From positions 34,720,001 through 34,784,000 of the forward strand of contig CAIIXF020000001.1 in the NCBI GenBank assembly GCA_903813345.2: a stretch of 64,000 nt of DNA. The letters are read 5' to 3'. Of the stretch, positions 37,001 to 52,000 are shown piece after piece. Origin of the DNA: Owenia fusiformis. Taxonomy: Eukaryota. The notes below the pieces were generated by a model. The model worked only from the letters and a program-made list of their open reading frames with translations. It was not told the origin of the DNA and did not search any database. The position numbers and the translations under genes are program-made. The first letter of the stretch is position 1, and the number at the start of each line of letters is the position of its first letter.

Positions 37001-40000
37001 TTTTAAAAAATTAAGTGGCCATCTTGAAAAAATTTTGTCGAACATAGCTACTGTGTCCCTGAGCATCATCATATAAAATTTGAACCAAATCCGTTCACTG
37101 GTATTTGAGTTATCAAAGATTACATATTTTTACGAAAAATGGCCGCCATTTTAAAATTAAGTGGCCATCTTGAAAATCTCTTTTTGTGCGAAACTCCTTT
37201 GTCCCTAGGCATCAGCATATAAAATTTGAACCAAATCCGTCAAGTTGTATTTGAATTATCAACGATTACATTTTGACGAAAAATGGCGGCCATTTTGAAT
37301 TGAGCGGCCATATTGAAAATTCCTTCTCGAGCAGAGGTCCTACACTCATAAGGCATAAGCCTCTAAAATTTGAACCAAATCCGTCAACCGGTATTGGAGT
37401 TATCGCCCGGACACACGGACAAACGAACGGATGGACGGACGTCATTTGTTGTTGCTGCATTAGTTTCTTCATTCATTGTCTTCTTTCTTTGTCTTCTTTC
37501 TTGCGGACAGACAAACAAACAAACGGATGGACGGACAGACAGACGGTTTCTATATATCCCCCTCAAACTTCGTTCGGCGGGATAATCACAGAGGCAGATG
37601 TAGAGCCCTTAATTGACAGGTGTAAGGGAGAGAATCACTTTAATTTTCTGAAATGTGAAAATGAAAATTTACACCCACTTGAGAAAAAATCGTGTGGAGA
37701 TCATTGGGTATTTAGGTTTGGCCACAAACTTATTGTCACCACCAAAAAAATATGAAAGCGCCGTGTGGGGTATCAGAGCTTTTTATAATGCCGGAAGTCA
37801 CACCATTGCAAAAGTGTCTAGTATTGATCACAATATTTTGATCTTCTAAGTATCTAAAAAGAAAAATTTATACTGACCTTGGATGAGCGACACTGGTTCA
37901 TTAAATCTATGTATTGGTTTCGTCCAATTCCCATTAACCTCAGACCTGAAACAATAAATATAGACATGAACCTCTAGTATTGTTTTGGTGTTTTTTCACT
38001 AACTTAAATACATGAAGTGTACTTGGAATTGGACTATAACTAAACGAAGATAATTAATTTAAAGTTTTAGAAGATAATTAAAGCTTGTTTCACTTCAATG
38101 GCAATATCATTCTATTAGGGTAATATTCCAGGGTATAGTCTAACATTATAATCCCAGTCAACTCAGTCTATGATAGTGAACAAAATCCACTGTAAGATAA
38201 GATAAGATAATTGTTGAAATCATGGAATATGCGTAACTAGTTTGATATGAACTTTCGGGTCACGCAAATAGCTATGCGAAATGCATAGTGGGAAAATATT
38301 GACCCATCAAATTTTGTCCTTTTTGAGTGCTTTTTCAGTACATATTTGCGTACATATTTGCAAACGTTCTGATTCAAAGAGCGAACCGCGAAAGGGAGAA
38401 TTGATAAAAATAGTTAATTATCTTCAAAATTTGAAAAAAAGAGAAAATTTAATCTATAAACAAGACCCTTTAGTACCATGCTGTTTCAAATATGATTTTC
38501 TAATAACTAAAACAGTTTAGCAAGAACTGATTAGACATGTCCATGTATTATCACCGCTGGGTAGAACTAATCACTATTCTATGAAAATTGAAAGACAATT
38601 TTTGTATTTTAAGAGACCTCACCACGCTAGCTAATTATCGACCTTATGTTATTAATGATACTGGATCAATCATTGTCGGGGAATATCAACCAAGCTTTGC
38701 TATCCAGTTTTATGTCTTTAACAAGCTTAAGAGGTTTAAATTGATATAAAATAGGACTCGTTTCGACAACTTAAATTAGGATGAGTTGAATAACAGGACC
38801 TTTCATTATACTTACAGTCATAATCACTGTTCCACAACTAGTTACTCTGATGGAACGTCAATGTAACAAAGTGGATGAACTTCCTGGATACGAGTTATTG
38901 TTTGCTCGATTTAAACTTATGTAAAAGTCATGTTGCGGATTATCATTTGGCACAAAGCATTTAGACCATAGCTTTTGTTACATTGACGTAAGTCATCAAA
39001 GTAACCTACATTGGTAATATAACCAAGTTTCGTCAATGTAACAAAAGCGAGGGGCTAAATATATTAATTGCAAATTCCAAATTAAAACTAAACTATATTT
39101 TCTAGCTTTGTGCAACTGACTTATAAGTAGGTTTAAATCAAGAAAACAAAAAACTTGTAACCAGGAAGTTCATCCATTTTGTTACATTGACGTTCTGTCA
39201 AAGTAACCAGTTGTGGAACAGTGATAATAGACTTGAGTTCCAATCAATTTTTTGTGGTCATTAGCAGAAAATGAGGGTTATCAAATAAATGAAAAAATAC
39301 TGTTGTAATTCTACCCTGACTTAACTACTACACTCCCCTCTGAATAAGAGCAATCATTATACAGTTTGGCCTTCGATCAATCAGTAAGCACCTCAGAACC
39401 ACATAAATGATTTATATAGCATCCAGTCTTTCAGAAGTTAATCAATGTTAAAAAGTATCTTGAAATGAGAGGTTAGTTCTATTATAAAGCATGTTTAAAT
39501 GAGCCTGTTATGTTGGTCAATACTGGGTAGAACAATGACTTCAGAGGATATATATAGAAAACTGTTCTTTTAGCAATGACAAGCTCAGGTTGGCTTGGTG
39601 AGTTCATGGTATATGAAGCTATCTTTTAAGAAGCCATATGTCAAGTGAATGTGAAGAGTATGGTTATAAAGAGTATAAGGGTAATTTCTCCATCATGATT
39701 AGCTTCTATAATTATGATAGTTATCAAAATTACAAATGGATGAATATAGAATAATAAGAATAATCAAGGAAAAAATGTTTTAACTACATTTTCCAATGAT
39801 GACAAAGAAGGAATTTCATTGTGATCAAAAGTTCCTTTTCTAAGGGGTTACAAAAGCAACAGATAACATGCATTATTCTCCAGATGTTTTTTCAAAAGCA
39901 CTTGTTGTTTTGAGGAATATTGCACTGTTTCCATGTTAAAGATTTCTGTCCAGGCATGCTCTCGGTGAAATCATCAAAAAATGTTCAAAAATACAATTTT

Positions 40001-43000
40001 CTGAAATTGAAATCTCTGTCTTAGCCATTATTTGAGTCATTTTTTGGATTGCTTTCACACATATTATCAATAATATGTCATATCTATCCATTTTTCGTAA
40101 ATAATCTTGTCAAATTTGATGAACTGACTGGCTTATTTGGTAAAACTTAAGATAGATAGATTTTCTAATTTGCGTGATTTTGCTAAAGCTACGTTCGCAC
40201 CAATGTCGATGGCGAATGCCACGCTTTAAATCGGCGAGCGAAGCGCCATCATTTTTGTTTACTTTTCCAAAAATATCACAATCTCCTAAGTAATGTTACG
40301 CTCTGATAAGCTCTGATACGCTCTGATTTCCCGACTTGTTACGGTTCCTCACGCTTTGATCCCGCTTCGACCAGGCTTTGTTACGCTTGCATTATTACAC
40401 TTTGATGCGATTATGACGCTTTAAATCAGGCTCTGATATGATGGTTACACTCTGTTACGAGCTGTGTCCACTTGACACGCGTCATTTAGATGTCTCAAGC
40501 TTTGCTACGATCTGGCATGAAGATCTGACACAAGGTCAGACGCTTTCATCAATATCTGACACTTTTTGTCATGCTTTCATGAAGGACCCTCAAGCTTTTT
40601 AACGAATTGAGCTGCTTTAATCAAGGATTGAAACGCTTTGTTAAGCTTTGTTACGCTTGACAAGCTTCCTCACGCTCTCTCCGACAAACATCATGTCTTC
40701 TTCAGATAGGTCATGATCTGGTCCATCTGAAAGGATCCGTTACCCCATGTACCTAAAGGTGCCCCTAAAGGTTTCATTGAATGTAACATGGAAATAGTTA
40801 CTTTTATAAATTATGAACACATCCAAAACAAAAAAATTAGGTCATAGGGATTAAAACTAAGGTCATTTAGTGCATTTAAGTTTGACTATGCAAATCATTC
40901 TAAATATCATGTTAGGGGTATGTTAGTCTTCACTCATGACTATTTTAAGTATATTGACCATTCAATCTATCGATATATATAAATATCATTAAGGAAGGAC
41001 ACTAACATATTGAAAACACAAATCATAAAACAACCCCTAAAATGTAGTATATCTATGAATCTTAGTCTTGAATCTCAGCAAAAGTATCACCTCAGCTGGT
41101 ATGCAGAAGGTTTAACCTAGGATATTCAATTTAGAGGACATATTAAACATCATTATCAAAGGTAGGACACAAAGGGCAACATATTGAAAACACAAAACCT
41201 AGGTACATTGTATTCAACTCAAATATTAAAAATCCAGTTGTGACTTTCCAATATATGATATATTTATTTGGCATTTTCAAAGAATAATTCAATTGAAGCT
41301 AAAGGTATAAAGTCAAATGGTTGCTTTTTAAAATTGAAAAGGTGCATGTAGGAGAGTTTTCATCAGTTTGAAACCCGTTGTTTTGCTATCAAACAAGTGG
41401 AGGTATTTTAATCTATCCATTGTATAACATATAAATAAAATATTATGAGGTAAAATATTTTAGTTTGACTTAGGATGAGAACTATCTTACAAGCAGTGTC
41501 CCTTTAATGGCTAAATGGATATTGATTCCGTCTTTCAGCAATATATCATCTTTTGGGACAAGCATCAAAAATAAATTGACCCTTTTCCCTTTAAACAGCT
41601 ACATGGATATTGATTTAGTCCCTCAGCAACATATCATCTTCAGGGGTAGGCACTTGAATGAAGAATAAAAAATAGATTGACCCATTAGTTGAGAATTACC
41701 TTACAAGCAGTGTCTCTTTAAATTGGTAAATGGATATTGATTCAGTCCCTCAGCAATATATCACATTCAGGGGCAGGGATGACTGATGAATCAAAAGTAT
41801 ATTGACCCTCTGATTCTTTGTTAAAAATAGTTTAGTGTTCATTAGGATGAGAACCATCTTACAAACAATGTCCCTTTAAATGGCTGAATGGATAATGACT
41901 CAGTCCCTCTGCAATATATTATCTTCAAAGGCATGCATGTATGATCGATCAAAGATACATTGGCCTATTTGTTTATTTGGGTGAGAACTACCTTACAAGG
42001 AGTGTCCCACTAATGGCTAAATGGATATTAATTAGTGGTGTAGATAAGTACTCACGTAGTCATTGAATCGTCTCGCCAAGGTGTTATAGAATTCGGCTCA
42101 ATTAGGAGTTCAGATTTCGCGAATTTACACGAGTCTGAGACTCGCAAATTTGTATTCGTATTCGCGATTTCACAGCGAATCCTGACATCAAATGCATTGT
42201 TTTTTCTTACAAACAGGGTGAAACTATGTACAAATGATTGTTCCGTGTATCATTTGTTTTATTTGAATGAATATGAGTAATAAATCTAATTTAAATGAAA
42301 TATTTTTGAGTCTATTTTTTAATTCCATGATTAATTCAGTCCGTAGAACCGGAAATGAAAGTGCTGCAACAATGTGTGGCGGGAAACATAAAATAAACAA
42401 TATTTCAATTTTTGTCTTAATTAATCGTAAGTATGTTATTTAAATCGGTAGATATGGACAACTCTTGATATACCTAGCGTACCTAGGGTATTGTGCAAGT
42501 GAACAACATTGAAAAAAGGACTAAAAAACGACCATATGACATGCAATGGTAAGATTTTTTCTTGTTTATTATTTTGATGAAAAATCGCGATTCTTATTCG
42601 ATCTCAGACTCAAAATCACGCGAATTACTCGATTCCAAAAATCCCCGCGAGTTACAACACTAATATTAATTCAGTGTCTCTTCAACATATCATCTCAAGA
42701 GATAGACATGACTGATGAAGCAAAAGAAGATTGACCCATTTGATTCTTTGTTTAAAACATTTTAGTGTTCATTAGCATGAGAACTACCTTACAAACAGTG
42801 TCCCTTTAATGACTAAATGGATATCAATTCAGTCCCTCTGCAAAGTATCCTCTTCAGAGGCATGCATGACTGATAAATCAAAAATAAATTGACCCATTTG
42901 ATACTTGTCTGATAGTTTGTTGCCTTGGTGTCTGGCAGATCCAATATGGCCTCCTTTTTGAAACTAAATTTTTTGCTATACTTTAACATTGTATATCTTC

Positions 43001-46000
43001 CGCAGCCAGGACCCTCTCTCATTTCATGTTTGAACTACTGTAGATTGGGTTAATTTGGCGCTACTTAATTTGGCGATTTTGCCATTTTTGGCATATTGGC
43101 GGCTATTTAATTTGGCGGATATGCAAAGAAAAAAATTATTTAAGATCAACTTACGCTCTGTTTGCGAATTACCATGTAAATGTTTGGCTATGTTCATTTT
43201 TTCTTTTGAGGACCACTGGCGATATTCACCACGTTTGTACATTTTTGTGAGATCGTCCTTTATATTTTGCACCTCGATTGATGCTTCTACTATACCGCGC
43301 TTTTCCTTTCTAGTTTTACCGGAGTATTAATGCGTAACTGACCAGTTTTGAGCCAATTTATGAGAGGCATTTATTCATATTTTTGGAAAACTAAACCAAG
43401 TGTGACCTAAATACACTGGACGAAATACCCCAGATAATTCCCGGGATTCACCCTAAATTTTGGCGAAGATTTATATTGGCGAATTTTTCAATTTCGCCAA
43501 ATTCGCCAAATTAAAGCGGGCGCCAAATTAACCCAATCTACAGTATGCAATAATGTCATTACTAAACAATAAAGGTGAAATCAGAGGGGGTCTGACCTGC
43601 GGAAGCACCTCAATCTGTCAGTGACTGTAGAAGGTCATCCATTCTTAAAAACAAGAACACAATAGGGTGCCTTTCAAAACAATAGGATTACAAAGTATCT
43701 ATGCATGGTTGATCTGCTTAGTGAAGGTTATTATGCTCAGACACAATGTAGTTTTATACTGACAAGTCAATTTAAGTGTATCTACAAAAATCAAGATTTT
43801 ATTCAAGGTTTTGTGAAAATTACTCATTTTAAGAGTCAGAATGACATGTGTTAAGGATCACTGTAAAAAACAACTTTTCTAAAGATTATTTTTGTGATTT
43901 GTTGAAGATATACTTCTTGGAGATTCATATTATATAAGAATAATCCTGGAATTCCAATTTACCCTTTTCGAAAAATTTCTAAGTCCTTATAGGTACACTA
44001 ATGGGTATGGATCCTTTCTGGATCTTGTTGTTCTGCCATCATCTTCTCGAGTCAAAGATGCAATGGTTTTATGGATCTACTGCATCTTTATACAGCCATT
44101 TGATCAAAAGCGTCATGATAAAAGCGATCTCGAAAATGCATAACAGAGCTTGGCAATCGTATCAGAGCCAGATTAAAGCGTCATAATCACATCAAAGCGT
44201 AACCAGAACAATGGCAACGCCAAAGCGTAGCGAATCCCATCGAACAGAAATGGCTGGCATTTTTACAAACTAAATATATAGCAAATATCATACAATATAA
44301 CACATAAGAAATGCCACCATTTTCAAAATGGTTGCTCACTAGCCAAGTTGTCATCAGGAGAAGTAATATGCTTTTAAGTAGCCACATATAAAATTTCTAA
44401 AAATCGCAAACACATACATGTAAATGGTGGCCATTTTTTGGAATCCTTACGCGTATTCACATATCAAATATGAACAAAATCACTAAATTACTTTTTGAGT
44501 TATAATAAAAAATTTAAAATAACGCACATAAAAATGGTGGCCATTTTTCAAAATGGCTCACTACTCCCCAAAGTTTTATTAGACAATGTGCCATGCTTAA
44601 AGTATTCACATATCAAATATTAACAAAATCGCTCCACTACTTTTCAAGTTATAGTAAAAAAACTGAAAAATGGTGGCCATTTTTCAAAATGGCCGACTAC
44701 TACTCAAAATGTCATTAGACATACCAAATATGAACAAAATCGCTCCACTACTTTTTGAGTTACAGTAAAAAATGTTAAATAACACACGTAAAAATGGTGG
44801 CCATTTTTCAAAATGGCCACCTACTACCCAAAATGTCATTTAACATTGTGCCATGCTTAAAGTATTCACATACCAAATATGAACAAAATCGCTCCACTAC
44901 TTTTTGAGTTACAGTAAAAAATGTTAAGCACACGTAAAGATGGCGGCCATTTTTCAAAAGGGCCGCATACTACCCAAAATGTTATTAGACATTGTGCCAT
45001 GCTTAAAGTATTCACATACCAAATATGAACAAAATCGCTCCAATACTTTTCAAGTTACAGCAAAAATCGTAAAATGACGTGTAAAGGCAGCCATTTTTCA
45101 AGATGGCTGCCATCTATTTCTTCTATATTTACATTTCTAGCTTAATCAATGTCATCAGTCATATATAACTTTTTTACATTTAAAATATATCGCTATTACA
45201 GTTTTATATGCAGAACCTAAATTACTGTAAAATCGGCACTAAAATGGCCGCCATTTTTAAATGAGCAGCCATTTTAAATCAGAGCGTATCAGAGCTTATC
45301 AGAGCGTAACATTACTTAGGAGATCGTGATATTTTTGGAAAAGTAAACAAAAATGACGGCGCTTTGCTCGCCGATTTAAAGCGTGGCATTCGCCGTTGGT
45401 GTGAATGTAGCTTTAAAAATGTTTGACGCTCTTGCCGAATATCCCGCTTTACCCCGAGCTTTTCTACGACCTATTACGACCCTGACGCTTTAATCAAGCT
45501 TTGTTACGCTTTGGTGCCGCTTTACAAGCGGCTTTAAAGCGCCATCAAAGCGCCGTTGGTGTTAACGTAGCATTACAGACCGTGAAGAGACTTGGGTCCC
45601 CGCTTTGAACCAAGCTCTGTTAAGCTTTCCTACGCTTTGGGTCAAGCTTTGCTGAGCTTTGTTACGGTTTGTTAAGCTTTGATACGCTCTCAGCGCTTTA
45701 ATCAATTCATAACAGAACACCCAAAATTTTAAACAGTTTAAAATTTTTGGCACTCTTGCCGAATATCCCACTTTACTCGGAGCTTTTCTACGACCTATTA
45801 CGACCCCGACGCTTTAATCAAGCTTTGTTACGCTTTGGTGCCGCTTTACAAGCCACTTTTAAGCACCATCAAAGCACCATTGGTGTGAACGTAGCTTTAT
45901 CAAGCCTCCAAGGAAAACTAGAAAAACAGCAACTCCACAGAGTAGCAAATCACACCGAACAAAAATATGTTTTGATAAATAGCGGCCATATAAAATTTGA

Positions 46001-49000
46001 GCCAAATCCATCTACTGGTATTTGAATTATCAAAGATTATGTTTTTATGAAACATGGTTGCCATTTTGAAATTCAGCTGTAATCTTTAGGTCTTTTCTTA
46101 AGCAGAGCTCCATGTCCCAAAGCATCAGCATATAAAATTTAATCCAAATCCAATGGCGGAGATTTGGATATATAGCAGCCACCTTGAAAATTTCTTCTCA
46201 AGCACAGCTCCTTTTACTCTCAACATCAGCACATAAAATTAGAACCAAATCCATCCACTGGTATTTGAGTTATCAATGAATATGTTTTTTACGAAAAATA
46301 GTGGCCATTTTGAATATGTCTCGTTGAGCAGAACTTCTTTGTCTCTAGGCATCAGCATATAGAATTTGAACCAAATCCATCAACTGGTATTTGAGTTATC
46401 AAAGGTTACGTTTTTTTTGAAAAATGGCCGCCATTTTGAAATTTAGCTGCCATCTTGAAAATCCCTTCTCGAGCGAAGCTCCTATGTCCCTAGGTATCAA
46501 CATGTAAAATTTGAACCAAATCCATTATATGGTATTTGAGTTATCAAAGATAACGTTTTTTAAGAAAAATGGCCACCATTTTGAAATATGGCTTGAAAAT
46601 GTCTTCTTGAGCAAGGCTCTTCTGTACCCAGGCAACAGCATATAAAATTTGAACCAAATCCATCCACTAGTATTTGAGTTATCAAAGATTGGCCGCCATT
46701 TTAAATTTAGTGGCCATATTGAAAATTCCTTCCCGAGCGGAGGTCCTACACCCATGAGGCACAAGTCTATACAATTTGAATGAAATCCGTCAACCAGTAT
46801 TTGAGTCATTGCCCGGACACATGAACGGATGGACGAATGGCTTTTTTATATCCCCCTCGAACTTTGTTCGGTGGGATAATGAAATATCTCTTAATTTACA
46901 AGTTGTTGATGCTATAAAAATGTAACAATCCTTTCTCCATTGAACACTCTATCTACACCTAAAAAATTAGTGGGTGGCATTTTTTGGGTCACCCTGTATC
47001 TTATACTCTAGTCATTTTGTTGGACTGCTTGGGTTATGGTGAGTTACTGAAAAGAGATTAATTTTCATTTTTCTCCATCCATAATGAGAAAACATAGAAA
47101 CACTCTCAGATTACAATTCAATAAAGCATATGCAATTTTTAAGATAATCAGAAACGCTGCAGGTTTTTGAATTGCAAAAATGATTATACAGCTCAGTAGT
47201 ATTTTCATTATGATTTATGTCACATAATGATTTCCCCTGATAATTGTTTCAATAGATAGACATGATATCCAAACTGAAATCCATCTCATTTTTAGGCTGT
47301 TAACGGATGAGTTAGTTTCCATGTGGAAATTAAATATTGAAACAGCAGAGGGATTAAATGGAGTCTGGGATATATTGAAGACCCTTGGAATGAGCAACTG
47401 AGAAACCTAACATGGAGAAACATCAGGCCCGTAGCCGGGGAGGGGGGGGGTCATTTTAGAAACAAAATTGTCACAAGTGAACCCCCCTTGAATTTTTCAA
47501 AAAGTAAACCCCCCTTGCCAAATCCTGGCCCCGGGCCTGATCATTATGGTACAAATTAAGATTAAATGCTATGAATAAATTAAATGACCTGTTTTATTTA
47601 ATTTGTGTCAAAATACAATAAAGTGAAAAAATCAACTGCAAATAAAACTGGCTCATGATTTTGATTAACTTACAAATGATACATCCAAAATGAAGAATTG
47701 TTCATTGCCCAATATATCACATATGTACATGGGTTTGAAAGTTTCATGGTGTCGGATTATGATATCGGTACTTGAATGGTGAGGAGAGGGAGGTATAAAA
47801 TACTATGTATTTTCATGTTGGATTATGATTTGGGATAGTTGGGGGTTGTTTTCCTTATGACTGGTGTACTCTTGGATGTATTCTTTTTCTTGCTGTGTTC
47901 TGTAACAATTTTTGGTACTTTCCAATCGACACTTGCGCATACATATTCTTCTTCCATTTGGGGAAATGAGAAAAATGAACAGATTCATAAAGCTTGATTG
48001 GTATTATTTTTTGGTTTAAAAACAATAGTAAAACCAAACGGAGGTTAATTGCGTACAGAAGTATGGTGTTAAAACTGTATCAAAATTGGACATCTTATAT
48101 TTATGTGATATCTCTAACACATAGAATAGCGTTTAGCAGAATACATACACAATCCATGTGATTTCATACAAGGTTTGTTCGAGTTTGCACACTCTATGTT
48201 TGTAAAATCACACTTGTACATTCATATTTGTGTATGCATTGTTCAAAAATGACATTGAACAGGGTACACAAGTCAAACAAATGCTTATGCGGCTCGCACA
48301 AACGTTTTTCCCTTCACAAACCATGATGTGCCGATCACAAACCTTGATGTACCGATCACACACCTTGATGTAACATAAATTGCTTTCTAGAGATGTTCGA
48401 GATTTTTTTCTAAATCTCGCGTAACTTTTGCACTGAACGAAATAACACATCAGCGCGGCAAAAAGATAAAAAGATCTAGTTTGTAGTTTCTCAATAAATG
48501 GCCACATTGTATACTTTTTGTAAATGGTTACTAGGAGCAAGGTGCCCAAATAAAGTTAAATTACATATTTTTAATTTAAAATTCATTTTATAACATTTCA
48601 ACGAAGGGCGCCATATTGTAGAAACCAGGATGTAAATATCACGTGAATTAATATCTCCTACCCTATGTGAAGTGCAACTTGTTTGTGACAGCCTATGTGA
48701 GCAGGAACCATCCTATGCGAGTTTGAACTCAATGCGTGTGTAAAATTGACATGTTCATTCGAAATTTACTTTGATCCATGTGTAATTCTTTCAGTATTCT
48801 TTGCAACTTATAACACAATCCGTGTGACATTTCAACATTGCTTTTGGATTTTTGGAAAGTGATTGGAGTTAGTGCTAACTCTTTGTGTGACACTTGATAC
48901 AACCAGTGCGTGTGTGAATGAAAATAAGTTATGTAAGAAAATTAACTGTTGGTATAACATGGATTGAAAATGCCATACGATGATGCGAGTTTCGCATATA

Positions 49001-52000
49001 ATTATGCATATCTCGCATAGTATGATGCGAGTTTCGAATCATACAGAAGGGCCATCATACATGAGGAAAATACAGCTAAGAGTTCCTTTCTGTTATGTGT
49101 CCAGGCATAATTGGGTAATGGACATGACAGTTAATGCTACTTGGGAAATCAGCTTTCTAGTAAAGTGATATATATTTCAGTAATACAAATGCAATATCTG
49201 CCACTGGAATAAGGAAATAGCTGATGGATGAGCCTGTTGCTTTTGTGGAATTTCAGGTGTATATAGGGTGTCTCAAAAAAATGTACCCAAAAGTATATCA
49301 ACACCATAGACAAACCAATTAATATTTTCAGACATTTTTTGTATGGTCTTGTAGATAAAAGATGAAAGTTTTTTCCCCTATATACCGTAGACGCCTTTAA
49401 GTACGCGAGTGCAATATTACGCGCATTGTGTATGTTAGGATTAAGCGGTGTTTTTATTTACGCGGGAACTACCCTTGCAAAAAATTAAATCGACCTTGTC
49501 ATAATTAGTCCTAAAATTACCTGCTCGTTGTAACTAAGCCAATTAACAATAAAGAAATAAACTACATGTAGTTTGAGTGAGTTTGTTATTGCTCTTTGTC
49601 AACGTTTGCATACTCCCCTGAAAAGCGTGCCAAAATTGCAAGGTTAGTTGTTCATTTCTTTTCGTTTTCAAATGTAAAACCTACACACATTATTTTTGTT
49701 ATGCAAATGGCGGAGTAATACAGTACTGACGGTACTGTTTACTAACAAAACCACGTGTGAAGTGTACAAACAATAAACAAATCCCTGGCTCATTCGTTGT
49801 TATGTTTTTAACACAGACCCGGGGGGTTGTATCTGTATTTACGGTATGAATGTGTATTTTCAGCTGGTATTCAAGTGAAGTACTACGAGTAATTAGTACT
49901 AATTACATGTATTATAACATTGGAGTGTACCCCCTGATCAATCTGCCGAACTACTTTCTTATTATTAATTCAAAATGGCGGATCATAAATTATCGAAAAC
50001 TCGTGAAGTTTTTCGAACTCTTTTGCAATTTCGTTCCATTAATTGATTGAATTTATATAGTATTAGCTGTAGATGGATTCATAATGTTTATCTGACGCCT
50101 TAAATGAACTTGAGAGTGAATAACTTAGGACGAGAACATCAATATCAAGACGAATAGAGGTAAAACTTTTATTTTTTTCAAAAATTTTCAAAACATGAAC
50201 AAAACAATTTTATTTCATGATTGTTTTAACTGAGCTTGCTTTAATTTAGCTTGTTTTTTATTTTGCGCTAATTCCTCTCCCGCGTAATGCGCATAATTAA
50301 AACACAGTTTTCAGTTTTGCCTTTTTGATACTATAACCCGTTACCTTTTACACCACATATTCAATGTAACCTCATATTTCGATGACAGTCTGTATCCTTA
50401 CTACTACATTGTTCATCACATTTGATATTTCTTGTGGAATGTTTTGATTTCTGTTCGGATGCTGGTCTTAAGTTGTTCCAGGTCTCTTAGCTTGGATTTA
50501 GCATAAAAATGGTCCTTCAAATAGCCTCGGAGAAAAAAGTATGGGCCGTCAAATATGAAGAATAGGGAGGCCCTCACATTGTGTTAGAACCCCCTTATAC
50601 AGAGAGGTCAGAGGTTCAAGAAACTGCATTGGTTGGGATTCCAGTGTAGCCTTTGTTGTGTGTATCAATTTGAGACCACTGTGTTTTCATTTGGATATCA
50701 TTTGGTATCCAGGCTAGCCTGCCTAACTCTGGAAGGTAACTCCTGAATCATTTGCCAATAATTGACCTGATTATCTGTGTTTGTTCTGCCATCGTCATCC
50801 TCAAACATCTTTCTCTGTGGCTATTTGAAGGAGTGTTTTAATGCTTATTCAAAGCAAAAAGACCTAGAACAACTTAAGGGCAACATACAAAGAGAAATCC
50901 AAAACATTCCACAGGAATTATTATCAAATATGATGAACAATGTAGCAGTACGGATACAGGCTGTCATCAAAATATGAGGTTACATCGATTATGTGGTGTA
51001 AAGGTAAAGGTTTAAAGCATCAAAAAGACAAGACTGAAATAAAAATTGTGTATTGGGGGGAAAACTTTCATGTTTTGGCTACATGACCATGCAAAAAATG
51101 TCTGAAAATATTGATTAGTTTGTCTGTGCTCTTGATATACTTTTGGGTACATTTTTTGAGACACCCTGTATACGTTTTAGAGTAAAGGATCTGTACATAA
51201 TGTACCTGAAGGTGCCCCAAAAGGTTTCATTGAAAATAATATGGAAATAGTTACTTTTATCAATTATGAACACATCAAAAATGAAATTAGGTCATTTGGA
51301 TTAAAACTAAGGTCATTCAGTGCATTTAAGTTTGACAACACAAATCATTCTAAATATCATTTTAGGGGTATGTTAGTCTTCAATCATGATCATTTTAAGT
51401 TTGTTGACCATTCCTCAATCGATATATCAGAACATTGTTAAGGTAGAACACAAAGGGCAACATATTGAAAACACATATCATAAAAAAACTAAAAACTTAA
51501 TATATCTTTTGAAAAAATGAACCTTAATAAATGTGTTCTCAACAATAGTACCATGATCATCTCAGTTGATATACAGTAGGCATTCAACCTAGAGGGTATA
51601 TTAAAATATCATTAAGGTGGGTCACAAATGGCAACAAACTGAAAACACAAATCATAAAATAAACCCTAAAAATAATACATCATATGGTAAAATGAACCTT
51701 GTTAAGTGTGTTCTAAACAAGTACCATGTTAGTACCATGATCACCCTTATTGTGAATACTGTAGCTTTAACCTAGGTATTCAACCTAGATACTATTATAC
51801 ATGTCAAAACATCATTAAAGATAGAACACAAAGATAGGAAGAACACAAAGAGCAACAGTTGAAAATACAAAACCTAATTTCAAGCTAAATCTAGTTGAGA
51901 CTTTCCATTGCATTATGTTTTCATTTGGCATTGTCAAAGAAATGATAGATGACATAATGGTCTTAGTTTATTTCATATGAACACTTTAACAAGCAATATT

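Larger units (their letters stand above)
40730..44017. mobile_element. AAAGGATCC-ended repeat, copy 1 (internal tandem repeats 41470-42900)
   Basis: AAAGGATCCGT..ATGGATCCTTT ends; collinear with 51184-58969. Confidence 0.6.
40187..45412. mobile_element. Long-TIR element (AGCTACGTTCGCACC; PIF/Harbinger-like) with several nested insertions
   Basis: 40187-40330 is the reverse complement of 45276-45412; TAA/TTA flanks; extra terminal fragments at 45420-45896. Confidence 0.7.

Noticed and set aside
48050..49062. Repeat-like segment bounded by direct TACAGAAG with short internal tandems
   Set aside because: Ends, TSD and a second copy could not be established.
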